From the NCBI GenBank assembly GCA_036520255.1, contig DATDKB010000177.1:1-55462 (forward strand): 55,462 nt of DNA, written 5' to 3'. A program made the translations under genes and the position numbers. This document shows positions 1 through 9,991 of this stretch, piece by piece. Position 1 is the stretch's first letter; every line of letters begins with the position of its first letter. This stretch comes from Rubrobacter sp. (GTDB lineage Bacteria; Actinomycetota; Rubrobacteria; Rubrobacterales; Rubrobacteraceae). The notes under the pieces are model-generated. The model did not search any database, was not told the DNA's origin, and saw nothing but the letters and a program-made list of their open reading frames with translations.

Positions 1-456
1 GTCGCCCGAGTGGCGCGAGCCGATAATCCTGAGGCCCAGGCCAGTCTTCATCATGTACGAGCGCCTGGCCAGAAAGGCCCTGAGGATGATGTCGGAGATG
101 TTGGGCTCCTCGGTGACGACCTCTTTGAGCCGCTCGCGGGGAATGGCCAGCACCTCCCCGGCCTCGCTCACCACGCCAGTGAGGTACATCGCCTGCCCCG
201 TGAGCATGTTCAGCTCGCCCAGGAAACGGCCCTCGTGGAAAACCCCTATGGTCCGCGCCTCGCCGGGGAAGTCGTCGCCGACCTTCACCTCGCCTTCCAG
301 GACGACGACGAAGTCGTTGTGGGTGTCGCCTGCCCTGAACAGGACATCCCCGACCTCCGTCTTCCTGATCTCCCCGTAACGCTTGAGGATCTCGATCTGG
401 TCCGTCCTCAGCCTCGGGGCCCGCGTGCTGCGGATCTCGTCCATCCTGTCGCTCAT
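1..456 (-). CDS. Cyclic-nucleotide-binding domain protein, probably the N-terminus of a cNMP-domain thioredoxin reductase-like FAD oxidoreductase (runs off the window)
   Basis: Manual translation from ATG 456: MSDRMDEIRSTRAPRL...GDVLFRAGD...FVVVLEGEV...GRFLGELNMLTG...DIILRAFLARR...RIIGSRHS; cNMP-binding motifs. Not in the ORF track because it has no stop in the window. Confidence 0.8.
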   Translation of the reverse strand, partial: MSDRMDEIRSTRAPRLRTDQIEILKRYGEIRKTEVGDVLFRAGDTHNDFVVVLEGEVKVGDDFPGEARTIGVFHEGRFLGELNMLTGQAMYLTGVVSEAGEVLAIPRERLKEVVTEEPNISDIILRAFLARRSYMMKTGLGLRIIGSRHSGD

Positions 457-622
457 GGTCCAACCTCATCCATAGCCGTTGCTTTTGAAAGCATAGTGCC
501 TCCTGCGGCTTCCTGGCGAATCCCCGTGCTGGGCAGCGACCGGATCCGCCCGCGTGCCTTGCGCGTTTGTCACTCTGCTAAAGTTGCCGTTTAGGCACAA
601 GCTCAGCGAGGAGAGCCCCCGC

Positions 623-1375
623 ATGCAGAAGAACCCCTTCTCTACCGAGGCGGCCGAATACGTCCACCTCCGGCCCACCTACCCCGACGAGCTCTTCGCG
701 TTTCTGGCGACCGTCGTGCCTTCGCGTGCCTTCGCGTGGGACTGCGCGACGGGCAACGGCCAGGCCGCAACGCACCTGGCCGGTTACTTCGGACGGGTAG
801 TGGCGACCGACGAGAGCGGTGAGATGATCGCCCAGGCTCCGCGCGATCCCAGGATCATCTACCGCGTAGCCGAGGCGGAGGACTCCGGCCTCGATGATCG
901 GTCCGTGGATCTCGTGACGGTGGCGTCCGCGATCCACTGGTTCGACCTGGACAAGTTCTACGCGGAGGTGCGCCGCGTCGTAAAACCGGGCGGAACCATC
1001 GCCGCCTGGACCTACTACACGCCCGTCTTCGACAGCGAAATCGACGCCGTTATCCAGCGCCTTATACACGAAGTCCTTGGCCCTTATTGGGACGAACGCC
1101 TGCACTACGTCGTCGACGAGTTCCACGATCTGCCCTTTCCCTTCGAGCAGATCGAGGCTCCCCCCTTCCAGACGGACATGAAGTGGAGCATGCAAGACCT
1201 GCTCGCCTACTTCGAGACGTGGTCATCGTCGGTGAAATACCGCGAGGCTAACCATGCGCGCCCCACGGCTTTGATCGAGGACGACCTTGCACAAGCCTGG
1301 GAAGACCCGCCACAGAAAAGAGAGCTCTACTTCCCACTCTACATGCGCCTGGGGAGAGTGCAGGCGAGAACGTAA
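623..1375 (+). CDS. Class I SAM-dependent methyltransferase
   Basis: WDCATGNGQAA motif I, SVDLVTVASAIHWFD, VKPGG; ATG 623 preceded by GAGGAG. Confidence 0.92.
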   Translation: MQKNPFSTEAAEYVHLRPTYPDELFAFLATVVPSRAFAWDCATGNGQAATHLAGYFGRVVATDESGEMIAQAPRDPRIIYRVAEAEDSGLDDRSVDLVTVASAIHWFDLDKFYAEVRRVVKPGGTIAAWTYYTPVFDSEIDAVIQRLIHEVLGPYWDERLHYVVDEFHDLPFPFEQIEAPPFQTDMKWSMQDLLAYFETWSSSVKYREANHARPTALIEDDLAQAWEDPPQKRELYFPLYMRLGRVQART

Positions 1376-1456
1376 CGAGACCCATCGATGAGGTCCAGCT
1401 GAAGGCTGACCGCTGGCAGCGCGGTATGCAAAAGGATCGATCTTTCGTGAACCGCT

Positions 1457-2111
1457 TTATTTGAGGTCGTTGAGCTTGCTGGTATCGAATCGTTCCAGGA
1501 TCAGGTCGAATGCTCCCGTGCCGATGCGGGCGCCGCCTGCGAAGGGGTGCCCCAGGGCGCCGACGGTGCACAAAACCAGCCCGATCGCCGCCGCCAGGGT
1601 CAACACCATCAGCCTGTGCGACCAGGTGCTCTCCAGGCCGAAGAGGTAGGTGAAGCCGACCGTCGCGATCCCCCCGAATACTAGGACGGGCCAGAGGACC
1701 CCGGGCACGCCCTCTTCCGACGCGACAAGTCGTGTCCTCCTGGCATCGGCAAGGCTCTCGATCTGGTCGAGTCCTTTCGCGTAGAGCTGTTCTTCGGCCT
1801 TTGAGGTTGGCTCGAAATCCTGCGGGCTCACCCCGAAGCCGGTTGCCCAGCCAGAAGATCTCTGCCGCCGCGTTGGCCTCCTGCTCGACCGTCTCGTCGG
1901 CAGCCTGGTATTCCCCCACACGGCGATGACCAGGAGCGCCAGGAGCACGGCGTAGATCATGCCCAGCGCCGCGTAGATAAAGCCGGCCACGTCGATGTGC
2001 CGCTGGCGCCAGAGGGAGGGCACGAGGCGGTGCACCAGCTCGAACCCAGCGAGCGCGACGTAGACAAACCACCCCGACCGTCAGGACGCCGTTGACCATG
2101 GTCTGAAGCAC
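1457..2111 (-). pseudogene. DUF4239-type membrane protein, disrupted
   Basis: Family-like segments in different frames (AGFIYAALGMIYAVLLALLVIAVW; EYQAADETVEQEANAAAEIFWL; LADARRTRL...VPGVLWPVL...LGHPFAG); at least two frameshifts and an apparent internal deletion. Confidence 0.75.
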
Positions 2112-2232
2112 AGTAGAGATCTCCCCCGTGGACCGGACTGGCCGTTATTCTAGCCGCTACCTCCGCTGACGTTACGACCCCTTGAACACGCCGGCGACGT
2201 GCGCGGAACGCCCCGGCGAGCGAGGTAGGAGG

Positions 2233-2508
2233 CTATCTTCGGCGGTTGGCGAAAAACCAGTAGGCGCCGAGGGCCACCAGCGCAACGAGCACGATAGGCC
2301 CGAGCACCGTGGTGAAAAGCACAACGAACAAGACCCTGACCAGCCTGATCATTCTGAACGGCCCGAGGCCTCTTCTACCGAAGCCTCGCCGACCAAAGCC
2401 CCTTATCCCGACCGTCAGGTGTTTGTCCGGGAGGACGCCAGCGAGCAGCCAAACGGCGTACAGGGCCCATTCGAGGTGCCCCGCCGAGATCGCGTGGATG
2501 TAGGCCAT
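2233..2508 (-). CDS. Small hypothetical membrane protein
   Basis: 91-aa ORF with hydrophobic segments and a GFGRR-GFGRR repeat; GGGAG upstream. Confidence 0.6.
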   Translation of the reverse strand: MAYIHAISAGHLEWALYAVWLLAGVLPDKHLTVGIRGFGRRGFGRRGLGPFRMIRLVRVLFVVLFTTVLGPIVLVALVALGAYWFFANRRR

Positions 2509-2599
2509 AAAGTTCGGTACTCCCTTCGGCGCCCGCCACCCTGTCTACTGGCGTTATACCAGAGCGCGGGAAAGGGGTAACGCTCTCCTCCGCGCGAAC

Positions 2600-2840
2600 G
2601 GTCCCACCATCCCGGAGAAAAGGCCGCGTCGCAGGCAAGTCCGAGCTCGGCTGCGGCTCGTCGGCGGCAAGGTACAGGCCAGGCACCTCCTGGGGCCGAA
2701 GGCGTTGGGATCGTAATCATGGAGGCCCTGCACAGCCGGGATCATCACGTGACGCGGGATCGAGGCGATACTCGATAGTATGCGCTCCTCGCGCTCGGGG
2801 TCGTCGGTGGGGATAAAGATCGCACCCGTCGTGTCGCAGC
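2600..2840 (-). pseudogene. Gene remnant, possibly the C-terminal part of an alpha/beta hydrolase
   Basis: Protein-like fragments in shifting frames (FIPTDDPEREERILSSIASIPRHVM; VPGLYLAADEPQP); no start; the family call is weak. Confidence 0.3.
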
Positions 2841-3013
2841 CGCTCCATTCTCGGCTTCTCTGCGGTAGACCCGCCTCAACGGCCAATCTGCCAGACCGCA
2901 TGCTTTACCCCACGACGGCATACTACCCCAGGCCGGTTGGAGGATGCCGGGCTTCGGTGGACGATCTGTTGTCCGGGCGCGCTCGCCACAGCGAGGGTCG
3001 CGCCCATGCTGCT

Positions 3014-3996
3014 CTAGGGGAGGGACAACTGGCTTTGCCGCCTGGTCTGGTAGACACGCTCAGAGGCGTGCTGACCACTGGTTCCGCGTACAGCGCCCAG
3101 ATGCGGGCCGAAGTCCGCGCTGCTCATACGCGCCTTGCAGCGCTCCAGCCTACTGAGAGCATAGCTCCAGAAGTCTTCAGCCGGATTGCCTTTCTCGTGC
3201 TGGACAAAGCCCCAGAGGGACCAATGGAGGTCGCTCATCGTTTTGTACACCTCCAGCCGCGAGTAGGGCGCCGGAGCAGCGGTGCCGCCGCAGTACGCTT
3301 CCATCTTGGTACGGTCTTGCTCGGGACCGAACCCCGCCTCGACGGAGAGGTTTCCCAGATCCCACATCGGATCGTTCATGCCAGAGTATTCCCAGTCGAC
3401 GAGATACATACGCCCGCCCGCTTCGAGGAAGTTCCCCGGCCACGGGTCGTTGTGGCAGGGCACGAGGGGAACGGGAGAAGCCTCTAGCGCCCGCCGCACC
3501 GCCCTCGCCTTCCACTCTACCTCGTGGTAACTCTCTGGTAGCGGCGTTCGCCGCTCGCGCAGGAGGCCCAGATGTTCTTCGATCGCGGCGAAAACGTCGA
3601 AGCGATGCCTGAAGACCTCCCCCAGACGATGAACCCGCTCGAGCGCCAGAGCGGCCCGAACCGGCGCCCCGGGTCCCGGTCGAACCCCTCCCCGGCGTTC
3701 ATGGAGACCCCTTCGATAAAACGGGTCACCATGGTGCCGTCTCTCGCGTCGAAGTAAACCACTTCTGCGCCCACCCCGGCCGCCGCCGCGACCCGCGCGT
3801 TGTACTCTTCGGCACTACGGTCGATGTAGTCTGAGGTGCCTTCTCCGGCTAGCCGTAGCACGTATGCTACGCTACCAACCGTCACCTTGTAACACACGTT
3901 AGTGAGGACCTCATCGAGACGCTCGAGTTTGATGGTGTCCTTTCGAACGTTCTCGAAAAAAGGCACGTGCGCTAACGCAGCATACACCTCATCCAA
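3014..3996 (-). pseudogene. Choline/ethanolamine kinase (APH-like phosphotransferase) with one frameshift
   Basis: N-half LTNVCYKV...YVLRLAGEGT...YIDR; C-half PCHNDPWPGN...LVDWEYSGMNDPMWDLG; the halves join by a 1-nt shift in a C/G run near 3670 (may be a sequencing error). Confidence 0.85.
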
Positions 3997-4106
3997 TCGT
4001 ATTCCTCTCTCTATCTGCTATGAGCGGGCGCTCCCCGACGCCCGTGTTGTCGTCAGGCGATTGTTAACTCTGTGTTAACCGTACGCAATGTAGGGTCGGC
4101 GTCAGC

Positions 4107-4934
4107 CTACCTGCGGGATGCGAAAAGTATGGTTACCTGGCCTATGTGGTCACGCAGGGCGTCGTTGCGCGCCGCGTAGGATTGCAGCTCTCCCCTCTCG
4201 TCCAGCTTCTGAATTCGGGAGAGGGCCCGATTCAGGCGGTCTTCGGCGACCAGTGACCAGACCGAATCTCCGTCGCGCCACTCCTTGTTTATGGGACCGG
4301 CCGGGTCGAAGTAGGAGTCGCCCTGGACCGTGGCATCGACCGGCGCGAAGCTTCCCCGGTGGTCCAGACCAGAGTCGTCGAGGATCTCGAGCAGTTCGTC
4401 GATGGGAGCATAGCGGTTCTTGAGGGCGTCGGCTGCCTCCGGGATCAGGTGGTAGTGCCAGTAGCCGTGGCGCAGTTGCTCTTGCGAGCAGGTGCCGACC
4501 GTGAGTATGCCGCCGGGCTTAAGGACCCTGGCGAACTCTTGGAAGACCCGGCGATGGGCGGGGAAACCTTCCGCGGCATCGTCAGGCAGGTGGTGGAGTA
4601 CCTGGTTGATCATGACCCCGTCGAACGTCCCGCTCTCGAAAGGCAGCTCGTCGATTCTCGAAGAGTGAAAAGAGATGCGGTCCCCGGCCCACGCCAGTTT
4701 GCGCGCGGCGACGTCCAGCATGCCCGGGTTCATGTCCACCGCCTCGATCCGGCCTACGTAACCGAGTAGCGCCTCGGAGTAGCTGCCGGTGCCGCACCCG
4801 GCATCCAATACTACGGTCTGGGCCAACGGTACGGGCGCGTGGGCGAAGCAACCGACGAGGATCTCTGTCCCTATTGGTTCCCGTGTCTTGTCGTAGTTGC
4901 CGGACTTGTGCGTGTAGTTCTCGTAGCTGCTCAA
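4107..4934 (-). CDS. Class I SAM-dependent methyltransferase
   Basis: VLDAGCGTG motif, LPFESGTFD, VLHHL, RVLKPGG. Confidence 0.92.
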   Translation of the reverse strand: MSSYENYTHKSGNYDKTREPIGTEILVGCFAHAPVPLAQTVVLDAGCGTGSYSEALLGYVGRIEAVDMNPGMLDVAARKLAWAGDRISFHSSRIDELPFESGTFDGVMINQVLHHLPDDAAEGFPAHRRVFQEFARVLKPGGILTVGTCSQEQLRHGYWHYHLIPEAADALKNRYAPIDELLEILDDSGLDHRGSFAPVDATVQGDSYFDPAGPINKEWRDGDSVWSLVAEDRLNRALSRIQKLDERGELQSYAARNDALRDHIGQVTILFASRR

Positions 4935-4994
4935 TTCGGCTTCCCCCCGGTTCGGTTTTTCGTAAGAGTATATGAGCTTATCCGACAGCGTCGG

Positions 4995-5038
4995 TTACAC
5001 CCAGCTTTTACCCATTGTTAACGCTCTTTTCACCCAGG
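4995..5038. promoter_or_regulatory. Four tandem 11-nt direct-repeat units (PHO-box-like) in a divergent promoter region
   Basis: TTACACCCAGC/TTTTACCCATT/GTTAACGCTCT/TTTCACCCAGG. Confidence 0.4.
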
Positions 5039-5099
5039 GGAGGATCGGCGAGGCTATACTGCGCGCGATCCTGTACGGCCTAAGGGAGAGAGGAACCGT

Positions 5100-6032
5100 A
5101 TGGTCTTTCGGAGCGTGGGTTGCAACCTGTCCCGGCTATACACGGAAAGCGTCAGTGGGCTCGCCGAGGATCTCGCGTTCTTGAAGAGATCCGGGCCGGA
5201 TTTCGTGGAAGTCTGGCCCCAGAACCTCGGGGTCATCCTCGGCGGTAGCCTCGATAGAACCAGGTTACGGGCGGTTGTGGATCTACTGCTTGATGTGGAG
5301 CTGGCGTACACGGTCCACGCCCCGCTCGAGGTCAACCTCATGGATCCCACCTCCCACGACCTTCAGCGCGCGGTCCTCGACGCCAGCCTCCGGTTCGCGC
5401 ACGGTATCGGCGCGGAGGTCCTAGTCTGCCACGCCGGCCAGCGTGTGGGAGCGCGCGACGCAAGGCACAGCATAAGAGACCAGCTCTCGGCCGAGAGGTC
5501 CGGTCTTCGGGAAGCGGGAGATCTGGCGGGAGAGATGGGCGTGACGATCGCCGTCGAGAACTACTATCCCGAGCAGCCGATCCTGCGCGGCGCGGTCTAC
5601 GACTACTCGGTCTGGCCCTCGCAGCTAGCCGAGCAGATCTCCGGGGTCGACCATCCCGCGGTCGGCGTCTGCCTCGACGTAGGACACGCGGCCCTCGCGG
5701 CGCGGGCCTTTGACTTCGACCTGATCGAGGAGTGCGCCGCCCTGGCGCCACTGGTCCGCAGCGTACACCTTCACGACAACCTGCAGAGGACCAACGTTAC
5801 GGGGGAGCCGCCGGCCTCCGAGCACACCGTCTACAGGCTGGGAGACCTGCACCTGCCACCCGGCAAGGGCACCATCCCGCTCGGGGACCTGTTCCGACAC
5901 ATGAGCTTTCCCGAAAACCCCTCGTGCTGCGTGGAGTTGTCCCCTGAATTCTTCCCGATGGTTCCGGGAGCCCTCCACGCTGCCAGGAAGCTCAGCCTGG
6001 AGGTAGCGTCCAGGGAGCGGGTGCCGGCCTGA
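5100..6032 (+). CDS. Sugar phosphate isomerase/epimerase family (xylose isomerase-like TIM barrel)
   Basis: TVHAP, IAVEN, CLDVGH, VHLHDN and DLHLPPG metal-binding motifs. Confidence 0.9.
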   Translation: MVFRSVGCNLSRLYTESVSGLAEDLAFLKRSGPDFVEVWPQNLGVILGGSLDRTRLRAVVDLLLDVELAYTVHAPLEVNLMDPTSHDLQRAVLDASLRFAHGIGAEVLVCHAGQRVGARDARHSIRDQLSAERSGLREAGDLAGEMGVTIAVENYYPEQPILRGAVYDYSVWPSQLAEQISGVDHPAVGVCLDVGHAALAARAFDFDLIEECAALAPLVRSVHLHDNLQRTNVTGEPPASEHTVYRLGDLHLPPGKGTIPLGDLFRHMSFPENPSCCVELSPEFFPMVPGALHAARKLSLEVASRERVPA

Positions 6033-6048
6033 TACGAGCGAACCGGCG

Positions 6049-7596
6049 TCAGCGCCGGATGCTCGGGCCTATCCGCTTCATGGCGGTGCGGAAGTCGTAG
6101 GTGGTGACGGAGAGGGCCGAAAGCTGGTGGGAGGCAATCCGCTTCTCGAAGTCGCGGAGGTTGATCGTGCGGCGCATGCACACGAGGGCGGCCTCGCGGC
6201 AGAGGGCTTCGAGGTCTGCGCCGGAGTAGCTTCCGGTGAGTGACGCTATCTGCTCCAGGTTCAGGTAGGGGTCCGTGGGCATCTCGCGGGTGTGGATGCC
6301 GAGTATGTGCAGCCTCGCCTCGGCGTCGGGGAGGCCGACCTCGATCTCGTGGTCGAAGCGACCGGGCCGCCTGAGGGCCGGGTCGAGGGCCGAAGGCCGG
6401 TTCGTGGTGGCTATAACGCACACCCTTCCCAGGCTGTTCAGCCCGTCCATGAGCGAGAGTAGCTGAGAGACGAGGGTGGCTTCGAAGCTCTCGCTCATCA
6501 TGTCACGTGAAGAGGCGAAGGAGTCTATCTCATCGAAAAGTATGATCGCGGGCGCTTTAGCACGCGCCTCGTTGAAGATGGAACGCAGCCTGGCCTCGCT
6601 CTGGCCCCAGAACTTGTTGAGGATCTCCGGCCCAGAGACGGCTATGAAATGGGCTCCGCTCTCGTTGGCGACCGCCCGCGCGAGCAGCGTCTTGCCCGTC
6701 CCCGGCGGCCCGTAGAAGAGGATGCCTTTATGGGGCTTGATGTGAAGCCTGCGGAAGATCTCAGGGTGCGTTATGGGCAGCTCGACCGCCTCGCGGATGA
6801 GGTCTATGGTCTCGCGCATCCCGCCGACGTCTTCGTAACGGGTCTGCGGCACGTTGCGGCTGCCCGGCGCCGCGCCGCTCGCCGCAGCGACCCCGGCCCC
6901 CCCGCTGCGCACGCTGCGGGCGAGACGTTCGAAGAGACCCTCCTTATCTTCCTGCGGAGCCGCCTCTTCGCGGCCGTCGCGCGTCTTGAGGACCTTCCAG
7001 CTCGAAAGGTCGCCCTCCTCCCTGTAGGCCCAGGTCTCGTCCCTGCCGGGATCTATCCTCTCCGGAAGGCGGGCGACTATCTCGGCCGTAGCGTCGAGGT
7101 CGAGGATCGGGCACCTCACGCACGGGCCGAGGTCGGAGAGGACGCGCTGGGTGATGGCATCTTTGTCCACGTCGAACACGGCCGCTTCGTCCATCTCGCC
7201 GAACGAGTACCACGAGTTGGCCGTCAGGTGGTCGTTGTCGTAGACCCTGATCTGGCGACACGGAAAGAGCTGCTTGCCCGCCAGAGAACCCGGCGTGCAC
7301 CACTCCTTCGCCGCCGCTCCCGAGCGCTGTTTGCGCAAAAAACACCTCAGGCCCCCGTAGAGCTCGTCAGCCGAAAGCGGGGTCCCGTCGGTCGCGTACT
7401 CGGCGTCGCCCTCGCCGCGAAGGAGCCCCGAGAAATCGTCAAGAAGCCGCCAGTCGGAGGGGAGATCTAGGTCCACCGAGACCCGCGCCGTGCCGTTCAC
7501 GCCCTCGACGTGGTATGAAGGATGCCCCGAGGCGAGGGCCGCGGCCCGGCCGAGGTGGCCTTCGTATCCGAGCGGAAAATCGACTCTAAGATGCAT
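6049..7596 (-). CDS. AAA+ ATPase (CDC48/VCP-like single AAA module) with an unknown N-terminal region
   Basis: YEDVGG, GILFYGPPGTGKT (Walker A), ILFDEID (Walker B), [22 protein letters not shown]. Confidence 0.92.
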   Translation of the reverse strand: MHLRVDFPLGYEGHLGRAAALASGHPSYHVEGVNGTARVSVDLDLPSDWRLLDDFSGLLRGEGDAEYATDGTPLSADELYGGLRCFLRKQRSGAAAKEWCTPGSLAGKQLFPCRQIRVYDNDHLTANSWYSFGEMDEAAVFDVDKDAITQRVLSDLGPCVRCPILDLDATAEIVARLPERIDPGRDETWAYREEGDLSSWKVLKTRDGREEAAPQEDKEGLFERLARSVRSGGAGVAAASGAAPGSRNVPQTRYEDVGGMRETIDLIREAVELPITHPEIFRRLHIKPHKGILFYGPPGTGKTLLARAVANESGAHFIAVSGPEILNKFWGQSEARLRSIFNEARAKAPAIILFDEIDSFASSRDMMSESFEATLVSQLLSLMDGLNSLGRVCVIATTNRPSALDPALRRPGRFDHEIEVGLPDAEARLHILGIHTREMPTDPYLNLEQIASLTGSYSGADLEALCREAALVCMRRTINLRDFEKRIASHQLSALSVTTYDFRTAMKRIGPSIRR

Positions 7597-7657
7597 GGCC
7601 CGCAGATTCTAACCCACGCCACCCGGAACCGTCGGTAACGGATGAAGGGAACCGAAC

Positions 7658-8284
7658 CTAGGCACTCCAGCGCCGTCCGATCTCTTCCCAGTTTGGTGGA
7701 GGTCCCGGCAGTCGGGAACCCGAGCGATCGTGCACGGCGTCAAGCAACAGCGCCAGGTACCGTCGGCGAAGTTGCCGAGTACGCTCCTCGTCTCCCACCC
7801 GGACGGCCGCCAGCTGCTCTAGTAGCAGGGCGATGTCGTCGACTTCGATGTCCGGCCTGATGGCGCCCGCGGCCCTGATGCGCTCGAAGAGCCGCATGTT
7901 TAGCTCTTGCGCCCTTGCACTATCGCGATACAACTCCTTCGTGGGGGCGAAGGTACCGGCCAGACGCAGCGTCAGAGAGTGGGTGTCGGCGTCCACGATG
8001 CGACGCATGAAATTCGTGAAGGCCTCCCAGGGATCACCCTCGTCCGCCAGAGCATCCTCTACGGCAGCGATGTATACCCGTAGGCCGTCGGCGGAGAGCC
8101 TCCGCAGAAGATCCTCTTTGCTCCCGTAACGGCGATACAGAGCCCCAATGCCCACCCCGGCTCGTTCGGCCACCGCGGAAATCGGGGCTCTCGGATCAGC
8201 GATGAACACCTCGCGCGCAGCGTCCAGGATCACCCCGTCGTTGCGCGCCGCCTCAGCCCGCCGACCACTCATGGGCCTGTCCAT
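7658..8284 (-). CDS. TetR/AcrR family transcriptional regulator
   Basis: N-terminal HTH ISAVAERAGVGIGALYRRYGSKEDL; start uncertain (8272/8284/8299). Confidence 0.92.
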   Translation of the reverse strand: MDRPMSGRRAEAARNDGVILDAAREVFIADPRAPISAVAERAGVGIGALYRRYGSKEDLLRRLSADGLRVYIAAVEDALADEGDPWEAFTNFMRRIVDADTHSLTLRLAGTFAPTKELYRDSARAQELNMRLFERIRAAGAIRPDIEVDDIALLLEQLAAVRVGDEERTRQLRRRYLALLLDAVHDRSGSRLPGPPPNWEEIGRRWSA

Positions 8285-8314
8285 ATTTTCTCTTCTCATA
8301 CCTTGATTATATGT

Positions 8315-8362
8315 GGAACAGATCGCTCCGTTCAAGTATAATGGAACGGAGCGATTTGTTCC
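8315..8362. promoter_or_regulatory. Paired inverted operator sites (probably TetR) flanking a TATAAT -10 element
   Basis: GGAACAGATCGCTCCGTTC (8315-8333) and GAACGGAGCGATTTGTTCC (8344-8362) are 18/19 reverse complements; TATAAT at 8337-8342. Confidence 0.8.
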
Positions 8363-8405
8363 GCGAATCTGAGCGGCGGAACGTACCGAAGGAGGTAGAA
8401 GCACC

Positions 8406-8768
8406 ATGGATTGGAAGCTCGAGTTGGTGGCGATACCCGTCTCCGACGTGGACGAGGCGAAGGCCTTCTACACGGTAAAAGTTGGCTTCAATGCGGACCA
8501 CGACCACACTGTGAGCGACGAGCTCCGCTTCGTTCAGTTGACGCCACCTGGATCTGCCTGCTCCATCGCGATAGGAAAGGGTATCGTCGAGGGTGAGCCT
8601 GGCTCGGTAAAGGGAGTACAACTGGTCGTCTCGGACATAGACGCCGCGCGCCGCGAGCTTGTCGAGCGTGGAGTCGAGGTCAGCGAGGTCTGGGAGGGTC
8701 CAGGGGGCCAGTTCGTCTTCTTCAGCGACCCGGACGGCAACGGCTGGGCCGTGCAGCAGTCCGGCTGA
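8406..8768 (+). CDS. VOC/glyoxalase family protein
   Basis: [18 protein letters not shown]...[12 protein letters not shown]...FSDPDGNGW; AGGAGG RBS. Confidence 0.92.
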   Translation: MDWKLELVAIPVSDVDEAKAFYTVKVGFNADHDHTVSDELRFVQLTPPGSACSIAIGKGIVEGEPGSVKGVQLVVSDIDAARRELVERGVEVSEVWEGPGGQFVFFSDPDGNGWAVQQSG

Positions 8769-8812
8769 AGTATCCATTTGATTGCTGGCAACGACCACAC
8801 CGAGAGGAGACC

Positions 8813-9991
8813 GTGACCATGACCGACGCCACCCACCCCGACGCCGAGATCCGGCCTTTCCGGATCGACGTCCCGCAAGCGGACCTGGATGACCTCCACG
8901 ACCGGCTGGACCGGACTAGGTGGCCAGGCGAGGTCTCCGGAGCGAATTGGGACCGCGGTGTCCCGCCAGGCTACCTGAAGGAGCTGGCCGGGTACTGGCG
9001 TACGGCCTACGATTGGAGAGCGCATGAGAAGGAGCTCAACGGCTATCCGCAGTTCATCACCACAATCGACGGGCAGAACGTCCACTTCCTGCACGTGCGC
9101 TCCCCCGAACTGGATGCTTTTCCGCTCATCCTCAGCCACGGCTGGCCCGGCTCGGTAGTCGAGTTCCTCGACGTGATCGGGCCGCTCACCGACCCTCGTT
9201 CGCACGGCGGCGATCCGGCAGACTCCTTCCACCTCGTGATCCCCTCCTTGCCAGGCTTCGGGTTCTCAGGGCCTACCCGTGAACCTGATTGGGACAGCTT
9301 CCGGATCGCCGGGGCATTCGCCGAGCTGATGGGTCGGCTGGGGTACGAGCGATACGGTGCGCAGGGCGGCGACTTCGGGGCATTCATCTCGCCCGACCTG
9401 GGCAGGGTCGACGAGGATCATGTGGTGGGCGTCCACGTGAACGCGGCCACCGTGGGTTTCATCCCGTTCGGGGATGTGGAAGAGGCTACGCTCTCAGAGT
9501 TCACCGATGCCGAGAAGGTCCGTTTCGACCGGATGAACAGGTTCCTCTCCGAGGGCAACGGGTACTTCCAGATCCAGGGCACCAGACCGCAGACTATTGC
9601 CTATGGCTTGACCGACTCTCCGGTCGGACAACTGGCCTGGATCGTGGAGAAGTTCAAGGAGTGGACCCACCCGTCGGTCGGGCTGCCGGAGGAGGCGGTG
9701 GACCGGGACAGGATGCTAACCAACGTGATGCTCTACTGGCTGACAGCAACGGGGGCTTCGTCGGCCCACCTCTACTACGAGAGCACGCACTCGGGCAACT
9801 GGCCGACGCCTTCGGCAGTGCCTACCGGGGTGGCGGTCTTCGCAGAGGACATCCCGATCCAGCGCTTCGCAGACCAGGTCAACAACATCGTGCACTGGTC
9901 GGAGTTCGAGCGCGGCGGTCACTTTGCCGCCATGGAGGCGCCTGACCTGCTCGTAGACGACGTACGCACGTTCTTCCACAGGGTCCGATGA
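8813..9991 (+). CDS. Epoxide hydrolase (microsomal EH-type, EHN domain)
   Basis: IRPFRID N-terminus, HGWPGS, QGGDFG nucleophile, GGHFAAME. Confidence 0.95.
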   Translation: MTMTDATHPDAEIRPFRIDVPQADLDDLHDRLDRTRWPGEVSGANWDRGVPPGYLKELAGYWRTAYDWRAHEKELNGYPQFITTIDGQNVHFLHVRSPELDAFPLILSHGWPGSVVEFLDVIGPLTDPRSHGGDPADSFHLVIPSLPGFGFSGPTREPDWDSFRIAGAFAELMGRLGYERYGAQGGDFGAFISPDLGRVDEDHVVGVHVNAATVGFIPFGDVEEATLSEFTDAEKVRFDRMNRFLSEGNGYFQIQGTRPQTIAYGLTDSPVGQLAWIVEKFKEWTHPSVGLPEEAVDRDRMLTNVMLYWLTATGASSAHLYYESTHSGNWPTPSAVPTGVAVFAEDIPIQRFADQVNNIVHWSEFERGGHFAAMEAPDLLVDDVRTFFHRVR

